A DNA stretch of 64,000 nt from Camelus ferus (Eukaryota), in contig NC_045696.1 in NCBI RefSeq assembly GCF_009834535.1, forward strand, positions 16,742,001 through 16,806,000, written 5' to 3'. The notes under the pieces were generated by a model. The model was not told the origin of the DNA. It searched no databases and saw only the letters and a list, made by a program, of their open reading frames with translations. The position numbers were made by a program, and so were the translations under genes. Positions within the stretch are counted from its first letter, which is position 1; each line of letters opens with the position of its first letter. Positions 1-12,821 of this stretch are shown piece after piece.

Positions 1-1496
1 GAAGGGACAGGGATAAAAGGAATTTTAAAGAAGAAAGATCACTACTACACAAAACACATTGGTTAATATTTTTGAAATTTTGTAGTACCCCATAACACAG
101 AGAATGTGTTTGAACGTGTCTGCTTCTCTGACAGTGGACTGGTAAGGGAGGAAGTGATGTTAGTAAACTGGGACTTAGTGTGAAATGCAAGAATAAATTG
201 TGCTTTCTTGCATAAGGCTGCACTCCTGAAATACTTAGTGTTGATGTTCACTTTCTTTCTTTAAATTCCTACTCTTCTTTTTATTCATTAGACAAGAGCT
301 GCTTAGAATATTAAAATGAAATGTTACAAGTTTCTGAGTTTTTCAGCCAGAAGATGTTGATTTCAGAGGGAAGGGTAAACTTTTAAATACAGACATTTTA
401 AATGAAAATGATTCTTTTGCTCAAAAGTATTTATCAATCATTAACAACATACATAGGAAGTGTAAAACTTCATTATGCTTGAAACTGCCTAGGAATTGCC
501 TTGATAGAGTCAGGGTTTTGTTTTTTTTCTTTCCATTTTTGTTTTGTTTTGCTTTTTAAAATCTGTTGTTTACTTAAGAAGGAATCATTCAAGTTAATTC
601 TCACAAACCTGTGATTTCACTATGTCTTCACTAGGATAAGCGGGGATTCCATCTCCTCTAAATTGGAGCTAAGTGTTCTTTATTATTGCTTAGCTCAAGA
701 TCACATGCATTTTTATAAAATACCCAATACTTATTGACATAATTTTCTTATTTTTAGAGACTCTATAAAGTGGGAACACAGGGATATTTTAAATTCTATA
801 AATTGGAGGGCGTGGGAAATGTGTGCTTGTATCTGGGTGTATATGGGTCAAATACAAATTCCAGCTTCTTATTCAATGGTGAAACATTAAAGTGTTCCTT
901 TAAAGTAAAAAAGAAAAAAAAATATCATATGTATTTTTAGAATCCAGGTAGTAAGTACTCAGTTCTGCCTTCTGCAAATAACAATTCCCAATAGATATTC
1001 GAGGGTGTTGATTTTTTTATATGATGCCCGCTGCACAAATCTCTTGTACGCTGAATGTTGAACAACCATTACCATTATTTTGACAAATTTTCTAAGATAT
1101 TTGGCACTAGTTTTGACAAATGGTCATGATGGAGCGGATTCAGATGGATGACAGGCAGCTGTAGAGCAGCTCGACCAATTGATTTTTTCATCCTGGAATA
1201 ATTCAAAAAAGCTAAGGAAAGCGTTAATCTGACTTGACAGCGGGAGATCCATCTGCACTGTGAACTGGAGGTGATTGTTAAGGGGCTGGACATACTCCGC
1301 AGAGGTCATCTTCACTAGAGCAAATCAAATACTTGCCATTGTCAACTCCCTACAGTGTGAAAAAGGTATTGCAACCCCTAGCCTAGATGATTGTGTTTAA
1401 AAGTGTGTTATATAAAAATCAAAATAAATTTTATATGGGCTGGCTTGGCATATGAAATGCATTACCCAAGTCATTAGGGTTCCTCTAGATAAGGGA

Positions 1497-1529
1497 TGTG
1501 TGTGTATGTGTGTGTGTGTATGTGTGTGT
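1497..1529. repeat. Imperfect (TG)n microsatellite at the tail of an L1
   Basis: TG dinucleotide run with occasional TA, directly visible and abutting the L1 3' end. Confidence 0.85.
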
Positions 1530-2320
1530 AAGTTTACAATGTACAACAGGGTTAGTAAATTTTGAGTGTACAACAAAACAATCCAGTTATGCATACACAT
1601 GCTATATATATTTTTCTTTTCAGATTCTTTTCCACTATATGTTATTACAAGAAATTATAGTTCCTTGTACTATATAGTAAGTCATCTATTTTATATATAG
1701 TAATGTGTATCTGTTAATCCCAAACTTTGGTAACCATAGTTTGTTTTCTATGTCTATGAGTCTGTTCTTGGTTTGTAAATAGAATTTGTATATTTTTTTA
1801 AGATTCCACATATAATTGATATCATATGATACTTGTCTTTCTCTGTCTGACTTATTTCACTTAATATGGTAATCCTAGGTCTATCCATGTTGCTTAAAAT
1901 GGCATTTTCCATTCTTTCTTATGGCTGAGTAATACTCCATTTTATAGTTATACTGCCTCTTCTTTATCTGGTCACCTGTTGGACATTCAGGTAGTTTCCA
2001 TGTCTTGGCCATTATAAATAGTGCTGCTGTGAACATTAGGGTGCATGTGTCTTTTTGAATTACATTTTCTCCAGAAATATGCCCAGGAGTGGGATTGCTG
2101 GATCATACAGTAAATCTATCTTTAGTTTTTAAAAGAACCTCCATACTGTCTTCCATAGTGGCTGTACCAATTTACATTCCAACCAACAGCATAGAAGAGT
2201 TCCTTTTCTTCCACACCCTCTCCAGCATTTACTGTTTGTGGACTTTTTAATGACGGCCTTTCTGACTGGTATGAGGTGATACCTCATTGTAGTTTTTATT
2301 TGCATTTCTGTCTAATAATT
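1530..2320 (-). mobile_element. 5'-truncated L1 LINE (cetartiodactyl-type 3' UTR plus ORF2 end)
   Basis: Antisense L1 phrases: ttcagattcttttccactatatgttattacaag, atgcccaggagtgggattgctggatcat, ggctgtaccaatttacattcc, gtatgaggtgatacctcattgtagtttt. Confidence 0.9.
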
Positions 2321-3187
2321 GTCTTACAGAATCCTTTAGTTCTAAAGTGTAGTTCACATATGATTATTAAGCCCTGCTTGAAGATATCTAGCAGCAGAGA
2401 GCTCATTGGTAATGAAGGCACATACCAAACTGAGGTCATATAGCAAACTGATACTGGACAAGATAGGGTTTCTGGAAATAAACAGGTTATGGTATGTATT
2501 AAATTGTTAAAATGGAATTCTTAGTATCTCTGTGTCCCTTGAGCCACAAAGGCAAGAACAAGACAACAGATGCAGAGCACTCACTTATCACAAAGAGGGG
2601 CCAGTGTCAGGGCTTACCAACCTCTAACAGTAAATTATTCAAAGGAGTCTTTAGTAATAGAATAATTTTCAGAGTTGCTGGAATGCTGTGTGCCTCTTGC
2701 TATTGCTGCCCCGCACCCCAGCCCCCAGCATGAGTGAGTAGAAGGAGATAGTCTCCGTTTATCCGAGGCTATGGGAGAGGTGATGAAAACCACCAAGAGT
2801 AAAATCATACCCACTCTTCTCTAATCCGTTAACTTTCTGTGACTGATCCTAGATGGATCAGAACCTAAACCAATGAATTAAGGCAGAAGGCAGTAGAAAA
2901 GTAAACTGGGGAAAGAGAAGATGCTCACCTGTCTCTCCCAGGAAAGAATCTTTCAAACTTGGAGTGACTTCAAGCCTGAGGAAGAGAGGAGCCTCCACTT
3001 AATTAAATTAAGATGCGCATTGATAGTTTATTGAGAAGTAAGAGAGGGGACACTCTTTTGAGGGCATATCATAGGCATGATAGTTACTGAAAGATAATAA
3101 TGGGATGAGGGGTTAGATGAAGCACGTCATATTGGGGCAAAAGGAAGTGATGAGGAAACGTAAGGAGAGGAAGGGAGTTTTCCGTCA

Positions 3188-3410
3188 GGACTCCAGCTCT
3201 AGGATCAGACTGACTTGCATTTGACCCCCAGGTCCTCCACTCACCTCCTGCACATCCCTGGACAAATCAGGAAATCTCTTGATACTACATGTTTTCATAC
3301 ATAAAATGGGAATCAAAACAGACTCACTTCATAGGGCTGGGATGAGGATTAAATGTGAGAAAAGCCATGAAGTGTCAGGCACAGAAGAAGGTTCGGTAAA
3401 TGCTTCTTGT
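3188..3410 (+). mobile_element. MIR SINE
   Basis: Degenerate MIR core: gttttcatacataaaatgggaatc...ttcatagggctgggatgaggattaaatg. Confidence 0.75.
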
Positions 3411-5755
3411 TGCTGCTGCTGTGATGTAGCTGCGGTGTGTGAAATTGGGGTGTGATGGAGGTTACACCAAACCAGCAGCCAACACCCAGTGTAGGCAGTG
3501 TTTTGACTCAAATATTAGTGAATCGACATTTTTGGATTCAGTCTTTCTGCACTACCTTTTGCTTTCTCTAAGACATTTCAACTTTTGGGAAAAAAAATAA
3601 GTTAATCTTTTGCTTTCCTGAAAAATATGCTGTTTAAATAGAGAAACCTTACCCAGAAAAATTTCATGCTGCATATTTCACAAGTCAAATGCACGTGGAA
3701 TAATGAAATCTACACAATGAAAAATAAATTAGCTCTTTATTTCTTTATTCCTATGTAAGTTTAAGAAGCTGAAGCTCTTATCTGTTCTTAGAAGCAATGA
3801 TCAGTACACATACATAAACTAAAAAAAATATGTGCAGGATATTGTATATATGTATTTGCATGAAATATAATGTATATGTGCAGTCAAAATGTACTAATTT
3901 TACCAAATAAAACTGCAAAAGGAAAAAAAAAATTCTCATGAGAAAAAAAAAAATTAGTCCTTACAGAGTCAAATAGCATTACCACACAGAAACTACACCT
4001 GTGATAGGGTATGAATGAGTCTATTAAAATATATATACATTTGTCAATAAGTCATATAAAATCTTAGCACCTAGGAAATATATATTTATCAATGTAATTT
4101 CTTGTTCAAAAGATGTTACAACAAAAATAAAGTCAGCTAAAAAGAATAAAAACCTTTGTTTCCAAAATCCTAATAACACTACTTTTTTATTCTCTAAGAT
4201 ACCCTACCTTTCTTGTCCATAGTTTTACAAACTTCAAATTATACTCCTGGTTAATATTAAATAACAAGTATATTTAGATTTCAATAATGTCTTTATAGTC
4301 ATCATTTAAAAATTATGAAAACACTAAAACCATTTAAAGATAATGTCTGAAACTGGAACACATAGAAAACAGCCTCTCAATTCCACCACCCTAAAGCAAT
4401 CATCATGACCGCTTGAGAGTTTTCCTCGCCTCAAATCCAGTCTTCTCTTCCATGTGTATGCGTGTACTTTAAAAACTCATCTGATTTTCCTTAGAGTAAA
4501 TACAACATAGTTTGCTACCTTTCTGCTTGGTTGTCTACAAAATAAGTATACTAACATCCCAGAAGTGTAGTGGTTTTATTCTCATTGGTATTTGACTTTT
4601 AGGCCCACAGTTTTGACTATTCCTAATTATGTGAGCAAAATATGACTTCATAAGCTCTCTGATTTCCATCTATATGACTCTTAGTGATACTAAATACACC
4701 CCATAAATTTTTTTAATCTGTATTTCTTACTTTGTGTCAATGATTTTTGCCCATTACATATGGAGATCTTAGATACTGCTTTTCAATTCTTGTAAATTTT
4801 TTATATAATAAAATATTAGCCTACAAGCAACATTTTAGATATATAAAAAATTTACATATTGCCTTTGTAGTTAACTTTTTGGTTGTTATTTTCAAAAATA
4901 ACAGTTTTATAAAACATCTATATTAGCAAGATTTTTAAACTAGTGTATACAATATCATGGATTTTTTTTTTATCTTCTTCTATTGCCTCCATCTTCCTCA
5001 AATGAAGATTGGTTAAGTTAATATCTATGAAAGAGTGCCAGAGATTTTTCTGCAATTCTGCTTAATATGATTGATAATTTTTATTCTTCTAAGGTGCTGT
5101 TAAATAGATTTATAAGGATCATTTGTGAGAATTCTGCAGCTGAATCTTCCACAGGACCTAGTGGCACTGCAGGTGCGAGGCTAGACAGTTTCTGTCTAGG
5201 TTTGAAATTCTTCTGACATTTCAAGTCCGTTTTTAACTTAAAGAGAATGAGAAATTGCAGGACTTCAAATTCACAGCATGCCTAAGGAGGAGATGGAACA
5301 GAGTTTAGCTGGTACTATTATTCATGGTAGACAAAGCTAAAAATTGAAGTTGTATTCCTTAAATAGTATATTAAATGTGTCTTGAGAAAAAGTGCATTTA
5401 ATGAGGGAAGAATTTTTCCAATTTTCAGCTTTCGAAAAGACTAAAGTCATTATAAAATGCAAATAATCTGAATTGAAATTACTTTATTTTTGTCTTTAGG
5501 TTTGAGAGAAAACTTTATATGAGTGCTTTATTTTTAAGAAACCTTAATGGGTATAGAGAGTAATATCTGGTCTGTAAAATTCTATAGTCTCAATTTAAAA
5601 GAATGTATCAATGTTTTAAAACTTTTAAAAGTGAATTTCTTAAATATAGTCTCAAATTAACTGCTCTAAGCAATCAAGTGGAAAAAATTACAATCTTTTA
5701 TTATAAATCCTGACTTAGAACATTTGGGTCATCAGGAAAATGACATCTTACAAGT

Positions 5756-6248
5756 CATGATGGTTAATTTATGTGTCAACTTGACTGGATTAAGGGATGT
5801 CCAGATTGCTGGTAAAACATTATTTCTGGGTGTATGTATGAGGGTGCTTCCAGCAGAGATTAGCACTTGAATCTGTAGGCTTGAGTAGAGATTACCCTTC
5901 CCAATGTGGGTGGGTGTCATACCATCCACTGAGGGCCTGGATTGAATAAGAAGGCAGAGGAAGGGAGACTACTCTTTGAGTTGAGACATCTATCTTCTGA
6001 CCTCCAGCATCTGTGCTCCTGGTTTCAGACTCAGGCGAGGATTTCCGTCATTGGCTCCCCTGGTTCTCAGACCTTTGGGTTTGGACTGGAGCTACACCAC
6101 TGGCTTTCCTGGCTCTCCAGCTTGCAGATGGCAGACCGTGGGACTCCTCAGCCTCCATGATCACATAAGTCAATTCCTATAATAAATCGCCTCTCTGTTA
6201 TATCTGTAGATATCCTACTGTTCCTGTTTCTCTCGAGAACCTAACACA
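5756..6248 (+). mobile_element. MLT2-type (ERVL) solo LTR
   Basis: Starts catgatggttaatttatgtgtcaacttgactgg, ends tctctcgagaacctaacaca, contains AATAAA. Perfect 5-bp TSD caagt at 5751-5755 and 6249-6253. Confidence 0.92.
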
Positions 6249-7436
6249 CAAGTTAAGGGTTGATTAAGTGCATAAAGAACATTTACAGGAGATTGGAACA
6301 TGCCAATGAATTCATTCACTTGCATTCTCAGTTTCTTCATTATTCACCATAAAAGCAGGAATGCAATGTACATTAGAAGAAATTAGTTTATTCCTTCCTT
6401 CTGGTGATGCATTTCCTGTTAGTCCCAGAGCCTGGAGTTCTAGACTTTTGAATGCTCTACACCATTTGTGTTCAGCACATCTTCCTACACATGGTCCTCT
6501 GTATAGCTGGACTCTGCAACGCCCAGCCTACGAAGATACAATTCAGCTTTCAGGTCTACTCTTAATTCTTATCTTATTTGTTAAGACCAGCGCACTGTTT
6601 GTCAGTGAATTCTTGAGGCACTGTGACTGCTAAACCTCCCCATAGGCTTCTTACTGATATCACTTTCCCTTCTTAAGAAGTCCAGCTTAATTGAACACAG
6701 CTGGCCCAAAGGTACAAGACCGTGAGTCCCATCAGCAATCTTTCTTTACCACGTAATCCACATGCAGCATGACTTAAGCCATTTTATAAGTTTTGTCTAT
6801 TTAAGTACATTATCCTCCAGAGATTTATTTTCCTCTAAGAGGGAAATTGCTCTTTTGCTCCTCAATTAGATGTGTAGATAAGATGTAGTGTTACATCTCT
6901 TTAGGAGGGATGGCTTCCACCACTAATCCTGTGTATACCTGAAGCTGTGAAATAGTGTGACATTACTCAGGAAGAGAGATACGATGCAGTAGTTAAAGTC
7001 TGCAAAGTTACAGCTGGTACTTGCATCTTTAAACGGGAGGGGATAGTTTCATTGCAATATTGAAATTTGTTTGTTTGTTTTTACATTTGCTAAACTGTAT
7101 TGAGTTTCTATCAAGCGATGGGCAGTAGAAATACAGAAATAATGATTGGATACTGGTCATAAGGAAACTCAAAATCTATTTCATTTATGGTCATTTATCA
7201 ACAGTTGTTTGATCTATAAAAATAACCAGATGTTAAATTAATCATGATACATTGTGTCATTTTATGGTGTGACATATTCCATTAATAGATTAAAAAATGA
7301 CTATCTACAAGACTCATTTTAGTCATTCATTCATGTATTTATTTAGCATACATATGTTAATATATGGAGTATCCGGTTGGTGCAAGTGAGAAAGACAGAT
7401 AAAAGTTTAATAAATACACAATATATACTCAGAAGA

Positions 7437-7883
7437 TGTGGCACCCCTGGATGTATGCCATTAGGATCTCCCTTTTAGAGAAAAATCTGCTGCAGGAAGT
7501 GCAGTCAGCCTGCAGCTTCTTGAAACAATGCCCTTGGAATCTGCCTCAGCCTTGGTGCCGTGAATGTTCAGCTCCCGCCAATGACCTGGCGGTGGGGGGA
7601 GGAGGGTCTGTCTACCCATTTGTGCCCATCACAGCACAGCCCTCCTCTAACAGTCCGTCTTCCCTCCAGAGCCCTCTGTAGGGCTGGTCAAGAACTTCTG
7701 AGAGCTGCACTTTGGTCTGAAGCTCTTGCTCAGTCCTCTCTGTCCCTCCGTCTTCTCCCACAATTGTCAGACCCACATTGCAGCTTACCTACTCGTGTTC
7801 CCTTTCTGCACACACCGCCGATTAATTGCTTGCAATTCTAACTCCGCTTGGTGGCTGCTTCCAGAAAGATGTGACCTGACACA
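7437..7883 (+). mobile_element. LTR16-like (ERVL) solo LTR
   Basis: TG...CA termini. 3' end cttgcaattctaactccgcttggtggctgcttccagaaagatgtgacctgacaca resembles the LTR16 group. 5-bp TSD gaaga/gacga with one mismatch. Confidence 0.75.
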
Positions 7884-8054
7884 GACGATGAGCCATCTAA
7901 TGAGAAACGGCAGCAGAGGATGGTGGGGGGTTGGGTTTGAGGTGTGGAAAATGGAGGTGAGCAACATTAAAGCATGATAAGAGAGAGAGGCGTCCTTGGG
8001 AGGTTGAATTTTGAACAAATCCTTAAAGGAAAAAGGAGTGATCTCTATGGACAG

Positions 8055-8531
8055 TGTGAATGAAAAATATTGCAAACCATATCAGTAAACAAAGATTATG
8101 CTGAAAGCATCAAGTCATCAGCGGCTGCTGCCACCCCCTAGAGAAGACAAGATTGCACCCCGGCCTTTGCAGCCACTCACAATGGTGCACCCTGAGGGAA
8201 CTCAGAATAAGAAAGGACAGGATACTGTCCCTAGACAGCTAGGTGCTTGTCAAAGGAATGAATTCAGTGAGCCCAAATGTTTGCTTCCTCCCATATATAG
8301 AAAAGCACTCAATTCTTTAACTTGAGTTTTCTGGTTTTCTTTAGATAACAATCTTTCATTGTTCCAATTACCTGGTCTTTGTTGTGAAACTCCTGTATGT
8401 CCTAGCTCCTCCCCTACCTCTTGGGAGCAGTCCCTCAGAGCCATCTGAGAGGCTGTCATCCCGGCTCGTGTCCTCCCGCCAAATAAAACATAACTCTCAG
8501 CTTTTAGGCTGTGCGTTTATTTCAGTCGACA
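8055..8531 (+). mobile_element. ERV1-type solo LTR, family A copy 1
   Basis: tgtgaatgaaaaat...aataaaacataactctc...ttcagtcgaca. 4-bp TSD acag/atag. Paralogous to 15261-15732. Confidence 0.9.
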
Positions 8532-10319
8532 ATAGCAAGGCAGAGGAGCTTCCAGTGGAAAGTCCCTTAGATGAGCATGAATTATATCAGTCTTCTTTCA
8601 CCAAGAGACATACTGCCACCCTGGGAAACTGTGCGAGGCCCATGTGCAGGTTCAGTGTGAGGGAGAGGGGCAGCACACTCCTCTCATCACAGAAAAAAGC
8701 TGGATGTAAGAAGGATGAGTTCATGAGTTCCTGCATGGTGTGGAAGCCACAATTCTCAGGCTGTGACGTCAGGGACGATGTTCCCACAGTGCGGCCGTTT
8801 CATGAAGTCATGATTGCCGAAAAGGAGCAAGCCCGTGAAATGGCTTTGCATATATTTTCATAAGATAAACCGTTATCCTAGGAGGAGTCAAAGTTAATAT
8901 GAAAGCACTAGAAGTGGTTTTCAAGCACTTCTGAGGATAAAAGCTAAAAAAATATGATGGAACAGGTGTAAAAAATCAGAACAAAAGGCATGATTAAAAT
9001 AAGGCACATGTATGCTGCGTATATCTGGATCTTTGTTCATCTATCATCAGGATTATTGTACATTTCTTTGGGAATGATGTTTTGAAGTGTTTTTTTGTTC
9101 ATTTCATCCCATTATGAAAATCATACGAAATTAAAAAACCAAACCACTGGATTACTTTGTGCCTCAGGATGAACTCTGTCATGAGTTATTCTCAGATCTG
9201 TGGAAAATCAGTTAAAATGCCCTCTTGAGAAGGAGCTGAAAAATAAAAGTGACATGTGTTCCTCTGCTTTGAAATAGAAAACCAAGTGATGTGAAGTAAA
9301 TACACAGGGAGGAAATGGGAAGAATGACAACGTAAAAGATGTTAAATAATTCCCGGAGGAGGATAGGTCACCAAATGAAAAGTGCGAACAGAATGGAGGA
9401 GGTGACCAACATATAGACAAGAGGCAGCGTGGATGGCAAGCATATTTGAAACGAGGTGGGTGTATAATGAAGTGTTGGTGAATATATGTATTATAAACCC
9501 TGCAAATGCTAAAATGGAATCCAAGATGAAGACTGAAGGAAGAAGCCTAATAAATCTTAAATCTCAAAGCACTTAGAGATGAACTGGAGTGCATGTATCT
9601 TCAGCAAACTTTCCAATTCTGGCACTTTCTTCTTGAAGGAGGAGCCTGTCAACAGAGGGCCCAGTAGTCAAATGATGCATCTTGTTTACCCAACTCAGAG
9701 CAGGGCTCCCTGGTTTGATGAGAAAAATATTAACTTCACCCTCTGGACCTCCTTTCCCAGTCAGTGCATTGCTCTTTAACACAATGTTTCCCAGGGACTG
9801 GAGCAATAAAGCGTGGCAAGAGCGATAGATTTGTAGCAGATGGAGGCATTGCCAAACCCCCAAAGCTTTGCCTGCCTCTGTGTTAACAGAAAAAGGCAGA
9901 GGATCAGACGCCAGAAGCCATCAAACAGTTCTCAGGGCAGGAAACATAAACATGGGAGGCAAACTGTATTTTGCCAGAACAGATGATCAAGAAATTAAAA
10001 CATCAGATGATAAAAGGCTATGTCCTCCAGATGGCATTCATCTCAGTCTTACCAAAGAAAAGAAAAATTATGGATAGAAAAAATACAGTTCCCTGAGATA
10101 AATTAATTCCCTATGAAACCTGAGAATATACAGAAGACAAGGAAACTAAAAAAAAAATTTTATTTAGAAAGAAATATGGGCATAATGGTTACTATAGACG
10201 CTATCTGACTGAATATTGAGAATAATATTGCATATACTTTCTCATTATTGTTATCTGATTAGGGTGGTAAGGAAGATTTTAATGACTAGTTTTTTAACTT
10301 GTAGGAAAACAATAGTTAA

Positions 10320-10645
10320 TATTATGGTTATTTATTAGTTCTTTTCACCCACAATTTCTCCTCCTGGCATTTCTTGAAATTAGGTGTGGCCACGTGACTG
10401 ACTTTGATCATTGAAATCGGTGGAAGTAACGGGTACCGCTTACAGGTGAGAGATTTACTGTCTGGTACCTGATTCACCATGTCCTTTTTTTTTGGCCTTG
10501 GAAATTGTGGCCACACTGAGATGCAGTGTGGCATCCTGAATAATGTGATGCACAGCAGAGCAAGGTGTAGCACAACTGTTACAGTTCTAAGTCACTGAAT
10601 TTGGAGTTATTGCCAAGCATAACCTAGGCTTTTCTGATGGATGCA
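10320..10645 (+). mobile_element. Old MaLR LTR (MLT1J-like)
   Basis: taggtgtggccacgtgactgac...ggaagt, and 3' end taagtcactgaatttggagttattg...gcataacctaggcttttctgatggatgca. Confidence 0.7.
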
Positions 10646-10719
10646 AATATGTAGTAAAATCAGGATGTTCCTAGGATAGCAACTTAATTTTTTAGTCAAT
10701 AGCTTTTACAAAATAGTAG

Positions 10720-10762
10720 TTGTGTAGAATTCTATCCAAAATTGTGTAGAATTCTATCCAAA
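10720..10762. repeat. 22-bp-period tandem duplication
   Basis: ttgtgtagaattctatccaaa occurs at 10720-10740 and 10742-10762. Confidence 0.95.
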
Positions 10763-10999
10763 GAGATTTGGACAGTTCAAATAAATAGAACTAGCAGAAA
10801 TCATGCAAAAGACTATGTCATATAATAAATATTGAAGAACCTATTTTTTTTCCAAAAACATTAACATGTAAACATGATGCTCATTTCAGATCCAAAGAAT
10901 CTGGGAATCTGTGCATCACATGCACTGAGACTCAAAAAGTAGTTATACTAAGAAGGGTGAGGTTGGAGTACCTAAGTTGAGGCTGAATTTAGATCTGTA

Positions 11000-12340
11000 A
11001 GAAATGTTGGTATTTAAACCCAGAAAATTGATCCAAAGACAGGAGATAAATCCAAAGGGGCAGGAGTGGGACGACGAGAGCAGGTATAATACATTATATT
11101 TTCTAGCATTAATGAAAGAAAAGCAACCACAGATCCGAGAAGCCCAGATAACCCTAAGCAATATAAATATCAAAACAAAATAAAACAAAAACAACAATAA
11201 AAACAACCTCACATATTTAGACACATCATAGTCAGTCTGTGAAAAACCAAAGATAAAAAGAAAATCTTAAAGGGAGCTTATGAGTGGGATAAGTAAAGCA
11301 TTATGCAGAGAGGAGGAAAGGTAAGAAATATATCAGGTTTTTCATCAAAAACTTTGTAAGACAGAAGACAACTGAAGGAGTGAGCGTAAAATGCTGAAAC
11401 AAATAGTAATGTCGACCAGATTCTGTGTCTAGTGAAAATATCTTCCAAAAATGGAGGGATAATAAATATGTTTTCAAACAAAGACCAAGAGAATTTATTG
11501 CCAGAGACCTGCGGCACAAGATACGTGAAAAGAAATTCCTCAGGCAGAAAGAGTATGAAGTCTGATGGAAATTGAGTATTAAACTCTTTGAATGATAATT
11601 TATTTTAATAACAAATTCGTAAAGTATTGTGAGTTTATGACATATGTAGAGGCAAAATGTGTGAAAAATAGTCCACAAGATGAGAAAGAGAAAGTGGAAG
11701 TATACATGAATGGTGTAAAAATATTTGATGGTACTAATACTAAGTTAAAAATGTTAATTGTACACACTAGAGAAAGTCACTAAAGTTTATTTTTTAAAGT
11801 GACATAATTATTAAGCCAATAGTATAATTAAAAAGAAAGATTAAATAATAATGAATACAGAAGAAGACAGGAAAGGAGAATAAAGGAATATATTACAGAT
11901 GGAGCAAATGAAAAACAGAAATCAAGATGATAGGTTGAAATCCAATGATATCAATAATTACATTAAATATAAAAGGCAAGTCTATCAGTCAAGATAAAAC
12001 ACAATGTACTATCTATAAGAAACTACAGTCAGTATCACTTGTGAATACAGATGAAAATTACCAAGAAATTTCAGCAAATTGAATTCTGTAATATATAAAA
12101 AAGGAACTATATATCATGACCAAATGGGGTTTCTCCCACAAATGGAAGATAGTTTCAGCATTCCAAAGTCAATGGCTATAATTTACCATATCAACAGAAT
12201 AAAAAGAAAAAAAATACATAATCATCTGTATTTTATGCAAAAAATGTATCTTACAAAATTTAACATCCATTCACAATTAAAAAAGAAACTCTGATTGAAC
12301 CTTGAGTGGGAGGACACTTCCTCATCTTGATAAATCTCCT
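11000..12340 (+). mobile_element. Ancient L1 (L1M) internal fragments: ORF1 3' part to ORF2 RT, with deletions
   Basis: ORF1-like gacacatcatagtcagtctgtgaaaaaccaaagataaaaagaaaatcttaaa. ORF 12079-12294 (IYHDQMGFLPQMEDSFSIPKSMAIIYHINR) resembles L1 ORF2 [30 protein letters not shown]. Confidence 0.8.
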
Positions 12341-12620
12341 GCAGAGTCCTTTGTGATCTGGACTCTGCTACCTGTCCCACTCCATCACTCTGTACTCTCT
12401 CATTTCTTACTAATGGTGCTGGGTTTCTTGCTGTTTTTCAAGATGCCAACATCTTCCTACTTCATGGGCTTTGCATTAGCTGCTGCTTCTGCTCTTCTGC
12501 CTGGAAAGTTTTTCCATCAGACAGCTGCGTGTCTCATTTAGTTCTTCGTTCACATTCTTGGCCAAATGTCACATTCCACAGCCATTCCAATCACTCCCTC
12601 TGATCTGCCTTTGCACTTAT
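12341..12620 (+). mobile_element. L2 3' fragment
   Basis: gggctttgcattagctgct...ctgcctggaaagttttt...caaatgtcacatt, typical of the L2 3' region. Confidence 0.6.
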
Positions 12621-12646
12621 TATTATTTCTTTTATTAGACTTTATT

Positions 12647-12821
12647 ATCTTTTATTAAATTTTTTAACTTTAAAAATATTTTAAAATTTATTATTTTTTA
12701 ATTTTTTGTGGGTGGGGAGTTAATTAGGTTTATTTATTTTTAGAGGAGGTACTGGGGATTAAACCCAGGACCTCGTGCATGCTAAGCATGTGCTCTACCT
12801 CTTGAGCTGTATCCTCCCCCC
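12647..12821 (-). mobile_element. tRNA-derived camelid SINE (Vic-1-like)
   Basis: Antisense body gaggtactggggattaaacccaggacctcgtgcatgctaagcatgtgctctacctcttgagctgtatcctcccccc with Pol III A/B boxes and a T-rich tail. 12-bp TSD ttagactttatt at 12635-12646 and 12822-12833. Confidence 0.9.

Larger units (their letters stand above)
7320..8600 (-). mobile_element. Degenerate L2 3' fragment interrupted by two LTR insertions
   Basis: cattcattcatgtatttatttag (antisense L2 terminus) at ~7324, and L2-like gcgtccttgggaggttgaattttgaacaaatccttaaagga near 7990-8030, resuming after 8532. Confidence 0.5.

Noticed and set aside
8384..8863. 159-aa ORF
   Set aside because: Non-ATG start inside an LTR reading into L2-like flank. 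Chimeric chance ORF with no homology I recognise.
10720..10762. CRISPR-like repeat (also 60642-60687 and 24796-24840)
   Set aside because: Only 2-3 adjacent units with no spacers, no cas genes, and a mammalian context.
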